64,000 nucleotides of DNA. It comes from Epithemia pelagica (Eukaryota > Protista > Bacillariophyta). Of this stretch, positions 51,392-61,078 are shown piece by piece. How positions within the stretch are numbered: the stretch's first letter is position 1; the number at the start of each line of letters is the position of its first letter. A model generated the notes under the pieces. That model did no database searches and was not told the DNA's origin. It worked only from the letters and a program-made list of their open reading frames with translations. The position numbers were made by a program, and so were the translations under genes. The stretch is taken from positions 1,984,001 to 2,048,000 of the forward strand of contig OX337237.1 of NCBI GenBank assembly GCA_946965045.2, given 5' to 3'.

Positions 51392-51769
51392 GAAGGAAAA
51401 AAGGCCTCATTGGAATGTAGACAGTAAATTGGGAAGCATTTCGATTCGAAACGGATGCAATTGCGTTCAACATAGTCATCCATTTGTTTGGGTATTAGAC
51501 ATCAAAGGTCAGAGGTGCAAAAGGCGGTGAAGAGGTGCGAGGATCGAGGATACAGCAGCAAGACTTTGTGCTCTGTGGTATGTGTTACTGAGAGTTACTA
51601 AGTATCGTGTAGTTTTGACTGCTGACTACGTGAATTAAGTGCTAAAGTACATAAGGAAAGGAGAGCTAAATTACCTATGAATGTGTAATTTGACGGGTAC
51701 TTTCGAAAGTACCTCTTGGAAAGTGATGAAGTACTTAAGTCCCTAATGAAAGTACATACCGGTTGGGTG

Positions 51770-54700
51770 TGCGGTACCCCTATATGGATCCCGCCATACG
51801 TGTCGCCACGTTCCATTCCCGGTTCGCGTTCTTGACACTGCGACATGAGTCTTCCGCCACCTGGCTGTTCCTCCTCCAGTCATTTCTCGTCGCACGTGGC
51901 ACTGTGGATTCCTCATTCCTCCTAATTCCTCGTAATTCCTAAAGATCACAATTTTTATACCGTGCTAGTTTACATGGGTATGGCACTCTGATCAGATGCT
52001 CGAAAACTTCCCCCAACACTCTTTCACCATAACCACCTGCCGTTCTTTGGCCGATCCTCGTTGATCCTATCATCCTTTGATTCCTTTCCTTTTCTTTCTT
52101 TTGCAGTCTCATCATGAGCACAGGATCTTCCCTTGTCTCCCTTGCGGATGTTCAACGCTTCCAAAAGCGCTTCGATCAAGCCTTGGCTTCAGATTCTTCC
52201 TCTGCTCTTTCCACCCTCAAGTTGAAAGACGACGATGATGACAAGTACTACGTCCGTCTCTTGCCATTCCGAGATGGCGTGGATGAAGAGCCCTCGAATC
52301 TCTTCCTGTGGGTCCTCCATTTTGTTGACAAGGTCAAGATCTCCGGTCATCCAGAGCCCTTTGCTGCCTGCTGCACCTACTTTCCCCGTGTTACCACAAG
52401 TCTCGTAGCGGACAAGTTCCATGATGCATTCCAGGCCTTGCCTGATGGCGCCGACCTCGATGAGGCGTGTTTCAAACGGTTGATTGCTACGATCTTCGAA
52501 CCCAAGTTGACGGTTTCCGAAGTCAATGCCTTTCGGGCACACCTTCTTAGCGGTCCTCGCAAGCCACCTGATATGAACGTGGATATCCATTATCACACCC
52601 TCCAGAAGATTTCCAACGGTCTCCGTTACTTGTCTAACGACAACGCTGTCCAAGCCCTCACTGACGATGAGTTGAAGCAAGCCTTCTATCTCGGCTCCCC
52701 TGTTGCTTGGCGCAACGAGTTCAAGACGGCCAATCCCTTGGTTGCAGATTTGGTGAATCATTTCAACATCACCGACCTTCTTCATGCGATGCGTGGCTAT
52801 CAAAAGGTCTCCCAAGAAAAGATGGCTGCCAATGCACAGTCCCAGGCCAAGTCCCGCAATCCTCGCGATGATTCCACTTCTCGCGGTTCCACGAAGCGTT
52901 TTCGCTCCTCTAATGGTGGCCGTGGCGGTCTCCGCGGCGGCAATCGCCAGTCCAATGGTGGACGCCAAGCGTCCGGTGATCGTCCCGTCAATGACGGCGA
53001 TTCCTGTCCGTACAAGGACGCGATTCCTTCGCATGCCAATCATTCTTGGGCCAACTGCATCTACAACCCGCAGTCCTCCAATTTTAACCAAGAGCGTTTC
53101 AACGCCTTTCTTGCCCGTACCGGGTCTGGTCTTCGGACCCCTACTGGGTCTCACCCCAACAATGGTTCTCAGAACCAAGGCCGTAATGGCCAAGGCTCTC
53201 GTAGCCAGGGAACTCCCTCGTCTGGAGGATCGCGCCCTATTGGCTCCAGTTGGGGCGCTGTTCCCCGTCGTCCTGGATCTGGCTCGGACCAGCATGCCTC
53301 TGAAGGCACCAACACAGGCGACAATCCACCGGTTGATCCGTCGTTGGCCGAGCCGTTGCCTTCTGTGCAAGATGCGGCTCATCGTGCTCGTCAACGTCCT
53401 CTCGCCAATACTCGTGATTGGTCGAGTCTCCGCAATGCCGATCGAACGGTCCCCGGTATGTGCTCTTCTTCCTTTTTTACCTTATCCTCTCCGGATATTT
53501 CTCATCATCTTGATGTTCTTTTTGCTCAGCAATGTCACATCCAGACTGGCCCTCCACAGGTTATGCCGGCCGAGAATGCCATCCTCAGGCCCCAATTCTC
53601 GAGGTCGGCGAACAATTGTTCAAGATCTACGGGCGTAACATGGATATCGCCCACATCTACGACCTGTCCTCCCCTGGAGGCAACGACGAATACCTTCGCT
53701 TCCCCTTGTCTTGAAAACTGTCCCAATCCTACGGATGCTGTCATCGCTGACATCGTTGATCCCAACAATGGTTTTTTATCTAACCTAGATCACTATGAAG
53801 ATGTCTACTCATCTAGTTCTGTCTCTGACATTCCTAGTCTCTCTAGTCCTCTTTCGGTCGCTCCCTCTGAGCCTCCGTCTGTTCCCCTCACCATTTTGAT
53901 GGCTCGGTCCATTGGTGGAGTCGAGAACACCGTCCCGTTGCGTGCCCTGCTCGATTCAGGCGCCGACAAAACGATCCTGCACGCGCGCTGTCTTCAGCCC
54001 GGCATGCATCCACGTGTAACCAATCGGTCTGTCAATACCACCATGGGTACACGCGACCACGTCTCCGAGATTCTTCTCGAAGATTTGGTTCTCCCCGAGT
54101 TTTCTCGGACCAAACACATTTCATACCCCCTTTGGGCCGATATCTTTGATGCCCCCACTTGTCGTTATGACATCATTATTGGTCGCGATCTTCTGCGTCG
54201 TTTGGGCATTGTGCTCAACTTTCACACTGGTCTCACAACTTGGGACTCCGTTGATGTCGCTATGCGCCATCGCGATTCATTCGCCACTGACCAGACATTC
54301 ATGTCTCATTTCATCGACATCTTTGCCGACGATCCCATTATTGGTGATCAATTCCTCTTGGATTCGAACTACGTTCCTACGGATCTACAAGATCTGATTG
54401 ACAAACAACATCATCTTACAGATGCCCAAAAGCAAGATCTTCTTGCTATTTGGCAAGACTGTGGCAAAATCTTCGATGGCGAGCTCCGTGAATATCCGGA
54501 CCGAACGCTCCATCTTCATCTCAAGCCTGATGCCCAGCCTGTCCATCATCGTCACTTTTCAGTGCCCCGCAATATACATGATACTTTCACGAAGGAGCTG
54601 TGGCGCTTCGTCAACATCGGTATCCTTGAGCGCGTCGGTTCTACCGAATGGGCTGCTCCTCACTTTGCCATTCCCAAAAAGGATGGTCGTATCCGAATGA

Positions 54701-57491
54701 TTTCGGACTTTCGTTCTTTGAACGCCCAACTCTACCGTCGGGTCTACCCCTTTCCTCGTATCGAGGACATGCTCCGTAAACGGAAAGGCTACAAGTATTT
54801 TACAAAGTTAGACATCTCCATGTGTTTTTACACATTCCGCCTCGATGAGGAATCCAGCAATCTTTGCGTCATTACTACGCCTTTTGGCAAATTCCGTTAC
54901 CGTCGCTTACCGATGGGTGTTAAACAGTCTCCTGACTTCTGTCAAGAGATTATGGAAGACGTCCTCAAGGACTTCAGCGACCATGTCGAAGTCTATATTG
55001 ACGACATTGGCATCTTCTCCAATTCTTGGGAAGAACACGTGGACATCTTGTCCAAAGTTCTCCAACGTCTTCAAGACAAGAACTTCTCCATCAACCCTTC
55101 CAAATGTGAATGGGCCGTTAAAGAAACGGAATGGCTCGGCCATTGGCTCACGCCCACTGGGATCAAGCCCTGGAAAAAGAAGATTTCTGCCATCTTGGCA
55201 TTGGCTCCGCCAAAAACCATGAAAGAACTTCGTTCCTTCATTGGCATGATCAATTTCTATCGCCACATGTATCCGCAACGATCTCATATTCTTGCTCCCC
55301 TCACATCCATTACGGGTAACAAGACCCTCGTTTGGTCCCCGCAATGTCAACGTGCTTTCGAACAAGCCAAGTCCATGCTCGCACATGATGCCTTTCTTCG
55401 GTATCCCGACCATAACCTTCCCTTCCATGTCTATGTGGACACCTCTGATTACCAGCTTGGTGCTGTAATCATGCAACAAGACGTTCCCGTCGCGTATTAC
55501 TCTCGCAAATTAAACCCTGCTCAACGCAACTACACTACTATGGAAAAGGAGTTACTCTCCATTGTCGAAACCCTTAAGGAGTTCCGCTCCATGCTTCTCG
55601 GCTGCGCCGAACTGCACGTCCATACGGACCATAAAAATCTTACTTACGCTACTCTCAACTTGCAACGGGTCCTCCGTTGGCGGTTGTTCCTCGAGGAGTA
55701 TAACCCTATTTTTCACTACGTCCCTGGCCAGGACAATGTCATTGCCGACGCCTTGTCGCGTCTCCCTCTCTCTGAAGAGGAGGAGAAGAGTGTCTCTCCG
55801 TCGTCGACCTCCTCTACGGATGCCTCGCCGCATCCACGATCTCTCTATGATCATAGCGGACAACACTCGGTGTTGCAAGTGCCTCATGGCCCTAATGATG
55901 ACCCCCGCTCTCATCACTCGCGTGATCCCGACGCTTTCGAATCTCCCATCTTCATGGATGAGGATTTGATCGATGTCTACCTTAATCATCCTCCCATCAA
56001 CGCAAATCAACCATTGCCCGTCGATTACGCGACGATCCATCAACACCAACAGAACGATGCCGCTCTTGTGGCCAAGTTGACCGAACAACCACAGAGATTC
56101 CATCTCCAACCCTTCCCTACGGAAAACCCACAATACAACTTGATTTGTTATCGTCAGAATCCTAATGCCGCATGGCGTATTCGTATCCCAGACAGCCTCT
56201 TGGCCCATACTGTCAATTGGTATCACCTGTCCCTCAATCACTTGGGGTCTACACGTCTTCGCGAGACGATCTCTATGCACATGAGTCATCCTAATTTGGG
56301 TTTGTATTGTGAACAAGCCGTGGCTAGTTGTGCTACATGCCATCGCTCTAAAGTCATACATCGCCATTACGGTGAACTCCCTCCTCGCGAGGTCCGAGGC
56401 AATCCATGGGCTGACATCTCTGTCGACCTCATTGGACCATGGAACGTTACCGTTCATGGGCAGAAATTAACATTTCAAGCCTTGACTATTATCGATAATG
56501 TCACTAACTTCTGCGAACTCATTCGCATCCATGACAAGACGGCACGTCACGTGGGTCTTCAATTGGAAAACGCGTGGCTCTCACGCTATCCACGTCCCGT
56601 TCGTTGCCTTTTTGATCAAGGCGGTGAATTTATTGGACATGCGTTCACGCAAGTGCTTCGAAACCATGGCATTAAGCCAGTGCCGTTGACGGCCAAGAAT
56701 CCTCAATCAAATGCTCTTTGCGAGCGACTACATTTGACTGTTGGCAACACTCTTCGTGTGATCACCAACTATGAACCACCACAAGATGCACAAAATGCTG
56801 CACTTGCCGTGGATACTGCTCTGCAGACCGCTGCGTATTCCACTCGCACTGCCATTCATGGCGCCTTGAAATATTCTCCCGGCAGCCTTGCGTTCCATCG
56901 CGACATGCTGTTCGACATCCCTATTATCGCGGACATGGAAACAGTCCGCCTGAAACGACAACAGATTGTCGATGAACGCGCTCGTCTCGCAAATCGTTCT
57001 CGTGTCTTTCATGACTACGCTGTCAACGATCGTGTGTTGCTCCGCGCCACGAATCCGGACAAGCTTGAGCTCCGCACAAGCCCTAATCCCTTTCGGATTA
57101 CACAAGTCCATTCCAATGGCACTGTGACTATCCAACGTGGTCCCCACGTCACTGAACGAATCAACATTCGTCGCCTTGTTCCATTTCGTGAATAAATGGG
57201 TTTTAATGCTGGCCGCCAAGCTTTCCCATTCTTGTCCGGCTCGAACTCCCTAGGTCCGACCAGGGAGAGGTAGAGTGCGGTACCCCTATATGGATCCCGC
57301 CATACGTGTCGCCACGTTCCATTCCCGGTTCGCGTTCTTGACACTGCGACATGAGTCTTCCGCCACCTGGCTGTTCCTCCTCCAGTCATTTCTCGTCGCA
57401 CGTGGCACTGTGGATTCCTCATTCCTCCTAATTCCTCGTAATTCCTAAAGATCACAATTTTTATACCGTGCTAGTTTACATGGGTATGGCA
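51770..57491 (+). mobile_element. Intact Ty3/gypsy LTR retrotransposon
   Basis: 216-bp LTRs 51770-51985 and 57276-57491, identical by eye. PPT agggagaggtagag. Single gag-pol ORF in PR-RT-RH-IN order. Confidence 0.97.
52114..57195 (+). CDS. pol: Ty3/gypsy gag-pol polyprotein (1693 aa)
   Basis: LLDSGAD protease; PKKDGRIR, LDISMCFY, YIDDI RT; YVDTSDYQLGA, TDHKNL, NVIADALSR RNase H; H-H-C-C, SVDLIGP, FDQGGEF, NALCER integrase. No stops. Confidence 0.97.
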   Translation: MSTGSSLVSLADVQRFQKRFDQALASDSSSALSTLKLKDDDDDKYYVRLLPFRDGVDEEPSNLFLWVLHFVDKVKISGHPEPFAACCTYFPRVTTSLVADKFHDAFQALPDGADLDEACFKRLIATIFEPKLTVSEVNAFRAHLLSGPRKPPDMNVDIHYHTLQKISNGLRYLSNDNAVQALTDDELKQAFYLGSPVAWRNEFKTANPLVADLVNHFNITDLLHAMRGYQKVSQEKMAANAQSQAKSRNPRDDSTSRGSTKRFRSSNGGRGGLRGGNRQSNGGRQASGDRPVNDGDSCPYKDAIPSHANHSWANCIYNPQSSNFNQERFNAFLARTGSGLRTPTGSHPNNGSQNQGRNGQGSRSQGTPSSGGSRPIGSSWGAVPRRPGSGSDQHASEGTNTGDNPPVDPSLAEPLPSVQDAAHRARQRPLANTRDWSSLRNADRTVPGMCSSSFFTLSSPDISHHLDVLFAQQCHIQTGPPQVMPAENAILRPQFSRSANNCSRSTGVTWISPTSTTCPPLEATTNTFASPCLENCPNPTDAVIADIVDPNNGFLSNLDHYEDVYSSSSVSDIPSLSSPLSVAPSEPPSVPLTILMARSIGGVENTVPLRALLDSGADKTILHARCLQPGMHPRVTNRSVNTTMGTRDHVSEILLEDLVLPEFSRTKHISYPLWADIFDAPTCRYDIIIGRDLLRRLGIVLNFHTGLTTWDSVDVAMRHRDSFATDQTFMSHFIDIFADDPIIGDQFLLDSNYVPTDLQDLIDKQHHLTDAQKQDLLAIWQDCGKIFDGELREYPDRTLHLHLKPDAQPVHHRHFSVPRNIHDTFTKELWRFVNIGILERVGSTEWAAPHFAIPKKDGRIRMISDFRSLNAQLYRRVYPFPRIEDMLRKRKGYKYFTKLDISMCFYTFRLDEESSNLCVITTPFGKFRYRRLPMGVKQSPDFCQEIMEDVLKDFSDHVEVYIDDIGIFSNSWEEHVDILSKVLQRLQDKNFSINPSKCEWAVKETEWLGHWLTPTGIKPWKKKISAILALAPPKTMKELRSFIGMINFYRHMYPQRSHILAPLTSITGNKTLVWSPQCQRAFEQAKSMLAHDAFLRYPDHNLPFHVYVDTSDYQLGAVIMQQDVPVAYYSRKLNPAQRNYTTMEKELLSIVETLKEFRSMLLGCAELHVHTDHKNLTYATLNLQRVLRWRLFLEEYNPIFHYVPGQDNVIADALSRLPLSEEEEKSVSPSSTSSTDASPHPRSLYDHSGQHSVLQVPHGPNDDPRSHHSRDPDAFESPIFMDEDLIDVYLNHPPINANQPLPVDYATIHQHQQNDAALVAKLTEQPQRFHLQPFPTENPQYNLICYRQNPNAAWRIRIPDSLLAHTVNWYHLSLNHLGSTRLRETISMHMSHPNLGLYCEQAVASCATCHRSKVIHRHYGELPPREVRGNPWADISVDLIGPWNVTVHGQKLTFQALTIIDNVTNFCELIRIHDKTARHVGLQLENAWLSRYPRPVRCLFDQGGEFIGHAFTQVLRNHGIKPVPLTAKNPQSNALCERLHLTVGNTLRVITNYEPPQDAQNAALAVDTALQTAAYSTRTAIHGALKYSPGSLAFHRDMLFDIPIIADMETVRLKRQQIVDERARLANRSRVFHDYAVNDRVLLRATNPDKLELRTSPNPFRITQVHSNGTVTIQRGPHVTERINIRRLVPFRE

Positions 57492-57773
57492 CGGTGGAGG
57501 TACTTAAGTACCTAAATGAAGTACTTACTGATTACCGCAGATGCCTTGGAAGGAGTAATGATCCGATTGATAGTTGGGATGAGTACTTCTTCTTACTAAA
57601 GTATTTCAGTCTAAATTGTAGAGTGTACTTTTTAGTCATTATTCCGCTGTGTATTGAATTCTTATAGTAATTCTAAGTACAAAAGTACTTACTAATCAAT
57701 TCTTTAGTGTACTTGAAAGGACTAAAGTCATCTAAAAACTCGATATTTGGTACTTCACAACTCTGATCTCAAT

Positions 57774-57948
57774 TGTCATTCAAGTGATTTCTTGCAGGGC
57801 CAAAATATTGGTGGAGGAAATTGACCTGTCGGTTGGTTTGGTGCCTCTCTCTGATCCTCCTTAGGCATGCTTCCCTCCTCTCTGCATGAGTTTTTGTTGT
57901 TCCAACAGGACGACCACGTCCTCTTTTTCCATTCGGCATTGTCGGCAT
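57774..57948 (-). pseudogene. KDZ/Zisupton-like transposase, 5' segment with AT-hook
   Basis: MPTMPNGKRGRGRPVG...HLNDN joins in frame to AVEDNLQERD (38751 downward) across TSD ATTGT. Confidence 0.8.
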
Positions 57949-58424
57949 GTTGTGTGCAGGTGCAGATAACCATATAACTAGAAATGCTATGAGCACTGAG
58001 GTATCACGACTGGGCTCTTGCATTTGCATTGGTAAGCAGTCGTGGAGCCGATGTCTCTGGACGACTAAAAAACCAAAAGCCCTGTCCTAATGCTAAGTAA
58101 TTGAGGTAGGTATTTGGTTTTTTAGCGTCTCACCAAGAATAAAACCGACCAATCATATGACTTCATTCAGACCAAAAGCCTCCACCGCTATGGTATTGGT
58201 GCCAATGAAACTATCCAATGGAATCCAACTGCGAAAATCCTCCCCTTTTTCCTCCCCTTCTTCTTCCTCTTCTCCCCCTCTTTGTCTCTCCCACCGTAGG
58301 CCCCCCATTTTCAAGGTTCAACATGAGGTCATCATGAGAACCAAGAAACAAGCATTTGAATGTTGTCTCGGGGGACCAAGGACACCGAAGACAATTGAAA
58401 TTTCTCTATCCCTCTGAAAGAGAA

Positions 58425-60746
58425 ATGCCTCTATGTTGCGAGTGCGATGTTGATCGGCCCCGGGTTGATTTTTCAAAGGCACAGCTCAAAAAGATTGCTT
58501 CGCAGAGACGATGCAATCATTGCATTGACAAGCAAGAGTTGCATCAGTCTGAACCAGTTCCTCCGACTGCCACCAACCGAAGTCTCGTGATGGTTTTGAT
58601 TGATGAAGTCATTCCAATTCTTTTTCAACGCGGAATCCCTATGGATCCGTCAACACTGTCTCTGCTGATGGACTCTCGAGGAACCAACAATGAACATGAT
58701 GTATTGGCTCGCCTGGCAGCGCATGTGCAAGTTAAGCCTGATGTTGGGGTTTTGCGTCGGCGGCTAATTCAAGTTCTTCATCAAGATTCAATTCTTTGGC
58801 TTGCGATTCCATTGTTGGAAGGACTGCTGTATTCAGGTGATCTGGTAAACAGACGTGTCTTCGTCCCGGGTAGTGGCGAGCCGTTTCCACTGTTACACTG
58901 CCTTTGTCAATATAAGCTGTTAAAGAAACAATTTCAATATAAAGGAGGGAATGATTTGGTCGCTTTGACGCTACGAGCAGGAGCCATGGTGAATGATAAG
59001 CTGGGGAATGGTTGTACGGCCTTGTTCTTTGCTGTCAAGTACGGATCTGAAGAAACGGTTCAGCTTTTGGTGCAAGCAGGTGCGGATACATCTGCCACTG
59101 ATATTTACGGGCAGACTTGCTGGAAAAATGCCGTGGAATATGCCATTCCATCGGTCATCGAAGGGCTAATAAGATTGGGTGTGTCTGTTCATGAGAGCAT
59201 AGAAACTGGAAGGGAGGAAGGAGGAAGAGAACAGAAAACCCTTCCGGACTTCATGCTCAACCAATTTATATCCACAAGCAGTGGCTCGCCTTCCGGGGAT
59301 CCATTCAGTTGGTATTTGTTTGGGTTGCCTAATTTTGAGGATTACGCAACCTCAATTATTCGTGTTCTTCAGGCTGGGGCGTCCTTTTCTTCGGCCGACA
59401 TGGGACTTTCAGTCTGTGTCCACTCTTCGGCCAAACAGGTGACTCGTCGTATGGATGCGAAGAAAAGAAACTTGTTGGTCCAGATTAGCCGTGTCTTGTT
59501 TGGTGACTCGCTACCAAGTGTCATTCGCAAAGAAGTGAAGGAATATGACAGTAAGGCGAGTAACCAAAAAGGTTACGGAGTTTGCAAAATCTGCAACAAC
59601 ACGATGGGAGATCGCGACTCGCCAATAACTTTATACTGTGGTCATGTTTTCTGTTTGGCATGCGTCAAAGCTATGCGCACGAAGAAAAATTCGAACTCAA
59701 CCTGTCCTGTTTGCAATCGCAGACTAGGACGTGACTTGCTTTCGGAGTTTTCTCGTAAACAAAGGCCACCAAGTCACTTGCTGGGCGTTGATCATCGGAA
59801 TGAGGAGGAGTCCTCCGAACCTCGTGGCCCGTGGGTCCTCACCGACAAACAGTTGGAAATTGAATGTCAAGCACGTGGAGTGGTTGATAACAAAGATCTC
59901 ACTCGTGAAGAAAGATTGGAAGAAATGCAAGCAGAGCCGAAACTGTCTCTGACATATTTGCTTGAGCTCTCTTCGACACGCTCTTTTGTCGTGGATGGTC
60001 GACAGTATCTCGCTCCTAGAGATGGACCAGCTGTCATTCCCATTTCTGTGAAAGACGTTCCAGTCCTCGCGTGGCTTTCTCCAACCAGTCCTTTAACTGT
60101 CCTGTCCACGGACTTCGTCGAAAACTTTGGGCTCGAGAGGAAAGAATTAGGATCCAAAGAATTCATTCAGTATGATGGAAGTGAACTCGATCGTTTTTGG
60201 GCAATTAAAGAGTTTGTTTTCCATATTGGAGAAATTGAAATTCGCCTCAACAATGCTATATGTTATCAATTTTCCGAAGAGAACGAGAGACCACGTGGTG
60301 TACAATTGGGGATGGACTTCTTTGATACAGCCGCCTGGGCTCAGGTTTCTGTACAACTAGATGCAAGTTTCTTGAAGGATGAACCGAATGATGGAACGGA
60401 TGAAGATGATAATGAGACTGTCCCGGAGACAGTCTTTGCTATGGCAGATGGCTGTGGTCCTATCGTTGTTACGTCTGATCCACAACCTGAAGAGATTCGA
60501 TTTTACAGTCGTACTGGACAAATGTTTCGATCTCCATTGATTCATGTGCTGAATCTGAGCGAGTCTGAGTTTATTCCAATCGTTAGTTTGCCGAACTCAG
60601 TCGAATTTACCGAATGCGAATGGTGTTCACGATGCTTTCCGTCGGGCATGAAGTCATGTACTGAATGCGAAGAACTCGGTCGCTCCACCTTTTACTGCGA
60701 CGAGGCATGCAGAAAACAAGCAGAGGCTCTTCATGTTCATGGTTAA
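58425..60746 (+). CDS. Multidomain protein: C4 zinc finger, ankyrin repeats, RING, degenerate aspartyl-protease-like region, MYND-like finger
   Basis: CCEC..FSKAQLKK..RCNHC; GCTALFFAVKYGSEETVQLLVQAGAD; CKIC..CGHVFCLAC..CPVC; PVLAWLSPTSPLTVLS..FGL..LGMDFF; CEWC..CTEC..YCDEACRKQ...H. ATG at 58425 preferred over the TTG at 58356. Confidence 0.8.
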   Translation: MPLCCECDVDRPRVDFSKAQLKKIASQRRCNHCIDKQELHQSEPVPPTATNRSLVMVLIDEVIPILFQRGIPMDPSTLSLLMDSRGTNNEHDVLARLAAHVQVKPDVGVLRRRLIQVLHQDSILWLAIPLLEGLLYSGDLVNRRVFVPGSGEPFPLLHCLCQYKLLKKQFQYKGGNDLVALTLRAGAMVNDKLGNGCTALFFAVKYGSEETVQLLVQAGADTSATDIYGQTCWKNAVEYAIPSVIEGLIRLGVSVHESIETGREEGGREQKTLPDFMLNQFISTSSGSPSGDPFSWYLFGLPNFEDYATSIIRVLQAGASFSSADMGLSVCVHSSAKQVTRRMDAKKRNLLVQISRVLFGDSLPSVIRKEVKEYDSKASNQKGYGVCKICNNTMGDRDSPITLYCGHVFCLACVKAMRTKKNSNSTCPVCNRRLGRDLLSEFSRKQRPPSHLLGVDHRNEEESSEPRGPWVLTDKQLEIECQARGVVDNKDLTREERLEEMQAEPKLSLTYLLELSSTRSFVVDGRQYLAPRDGPAVIPISVKDVPVLAWLSPTSPLTVLSTDFVENFGLERKELGSKEFIQYDGSELDRFWAIKEFVFHIGEIEIRLNNAICYQFSEENERPRGVQLGMDFFDTAAWAQVSVQLDASFLKDEPNDGTDEDDNETVPETVFAMADGCGPIVVTSDPQPEEIRFYSRTGQMFRSPLIHVLNLSESEFIPIVSLPNSVEFTECEWCSRCFPSGMKSCTECEELGRSTFYCDEACRKQAEALHVHG

Positions 60747-61078
60747 ACATAGAGAACTGTTTCCTTCACAAAAGCATTGTTGAGAGATTTAGAATTTAGA
60801 TACCTTAGAGGGAAAGTTGTTGGGCTGTTGATTTGTTGATGTCGTCGCCAAATTTCGATGGGATAGAAGCGACGCAAACGCGTCCGGGCGCTCGTTCGTG
60901 TTTTTTCTCGTCGTTCATTTGGCTTCTTCTCCGAAAAGCAATGCACCTTGCCCTTTGTGCTGTGTTGTTGGGAAAGGATTCGCTATTTAACTCTGGAAGA
61001 GCCTTTGCTGTTAGATTCTATAAACCTTACTTCGGTGTTTCAGCGCTTAAACGAGGGCTGCACATTTGTACAGTGACA

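Larger units (their letters stand above)
44942..57765 (+). mobile_element. hAT-superfamily DNA transposon with cargo gene and nested gypsy
   Basis: Perfect 21-bp TIRs CAGAGTTGTGAAGTACCAAAT (44942-44962, 57745-57765), 8-bp TSD ATCTCAAT (44934-44941, 57766-57773), GTAC-rich subtermini. About 7.1 kb without the gypsy. Confidence 0.95.

Noticed and set aside
51986-52003. Gypsy PBS as another anticodon-arm match
   Set aside because: CTGATCA loop candidates lack the A37-A38 pattern and the 30:40 pair, so they do not fit the geometry seen in the copias.
52189-56457. Long antisense ORFs (52189..53394, 54907..55479, 55552..56457)
   Set aside because: Shadow frames of the gypsy gag-pol with no independent motifs.
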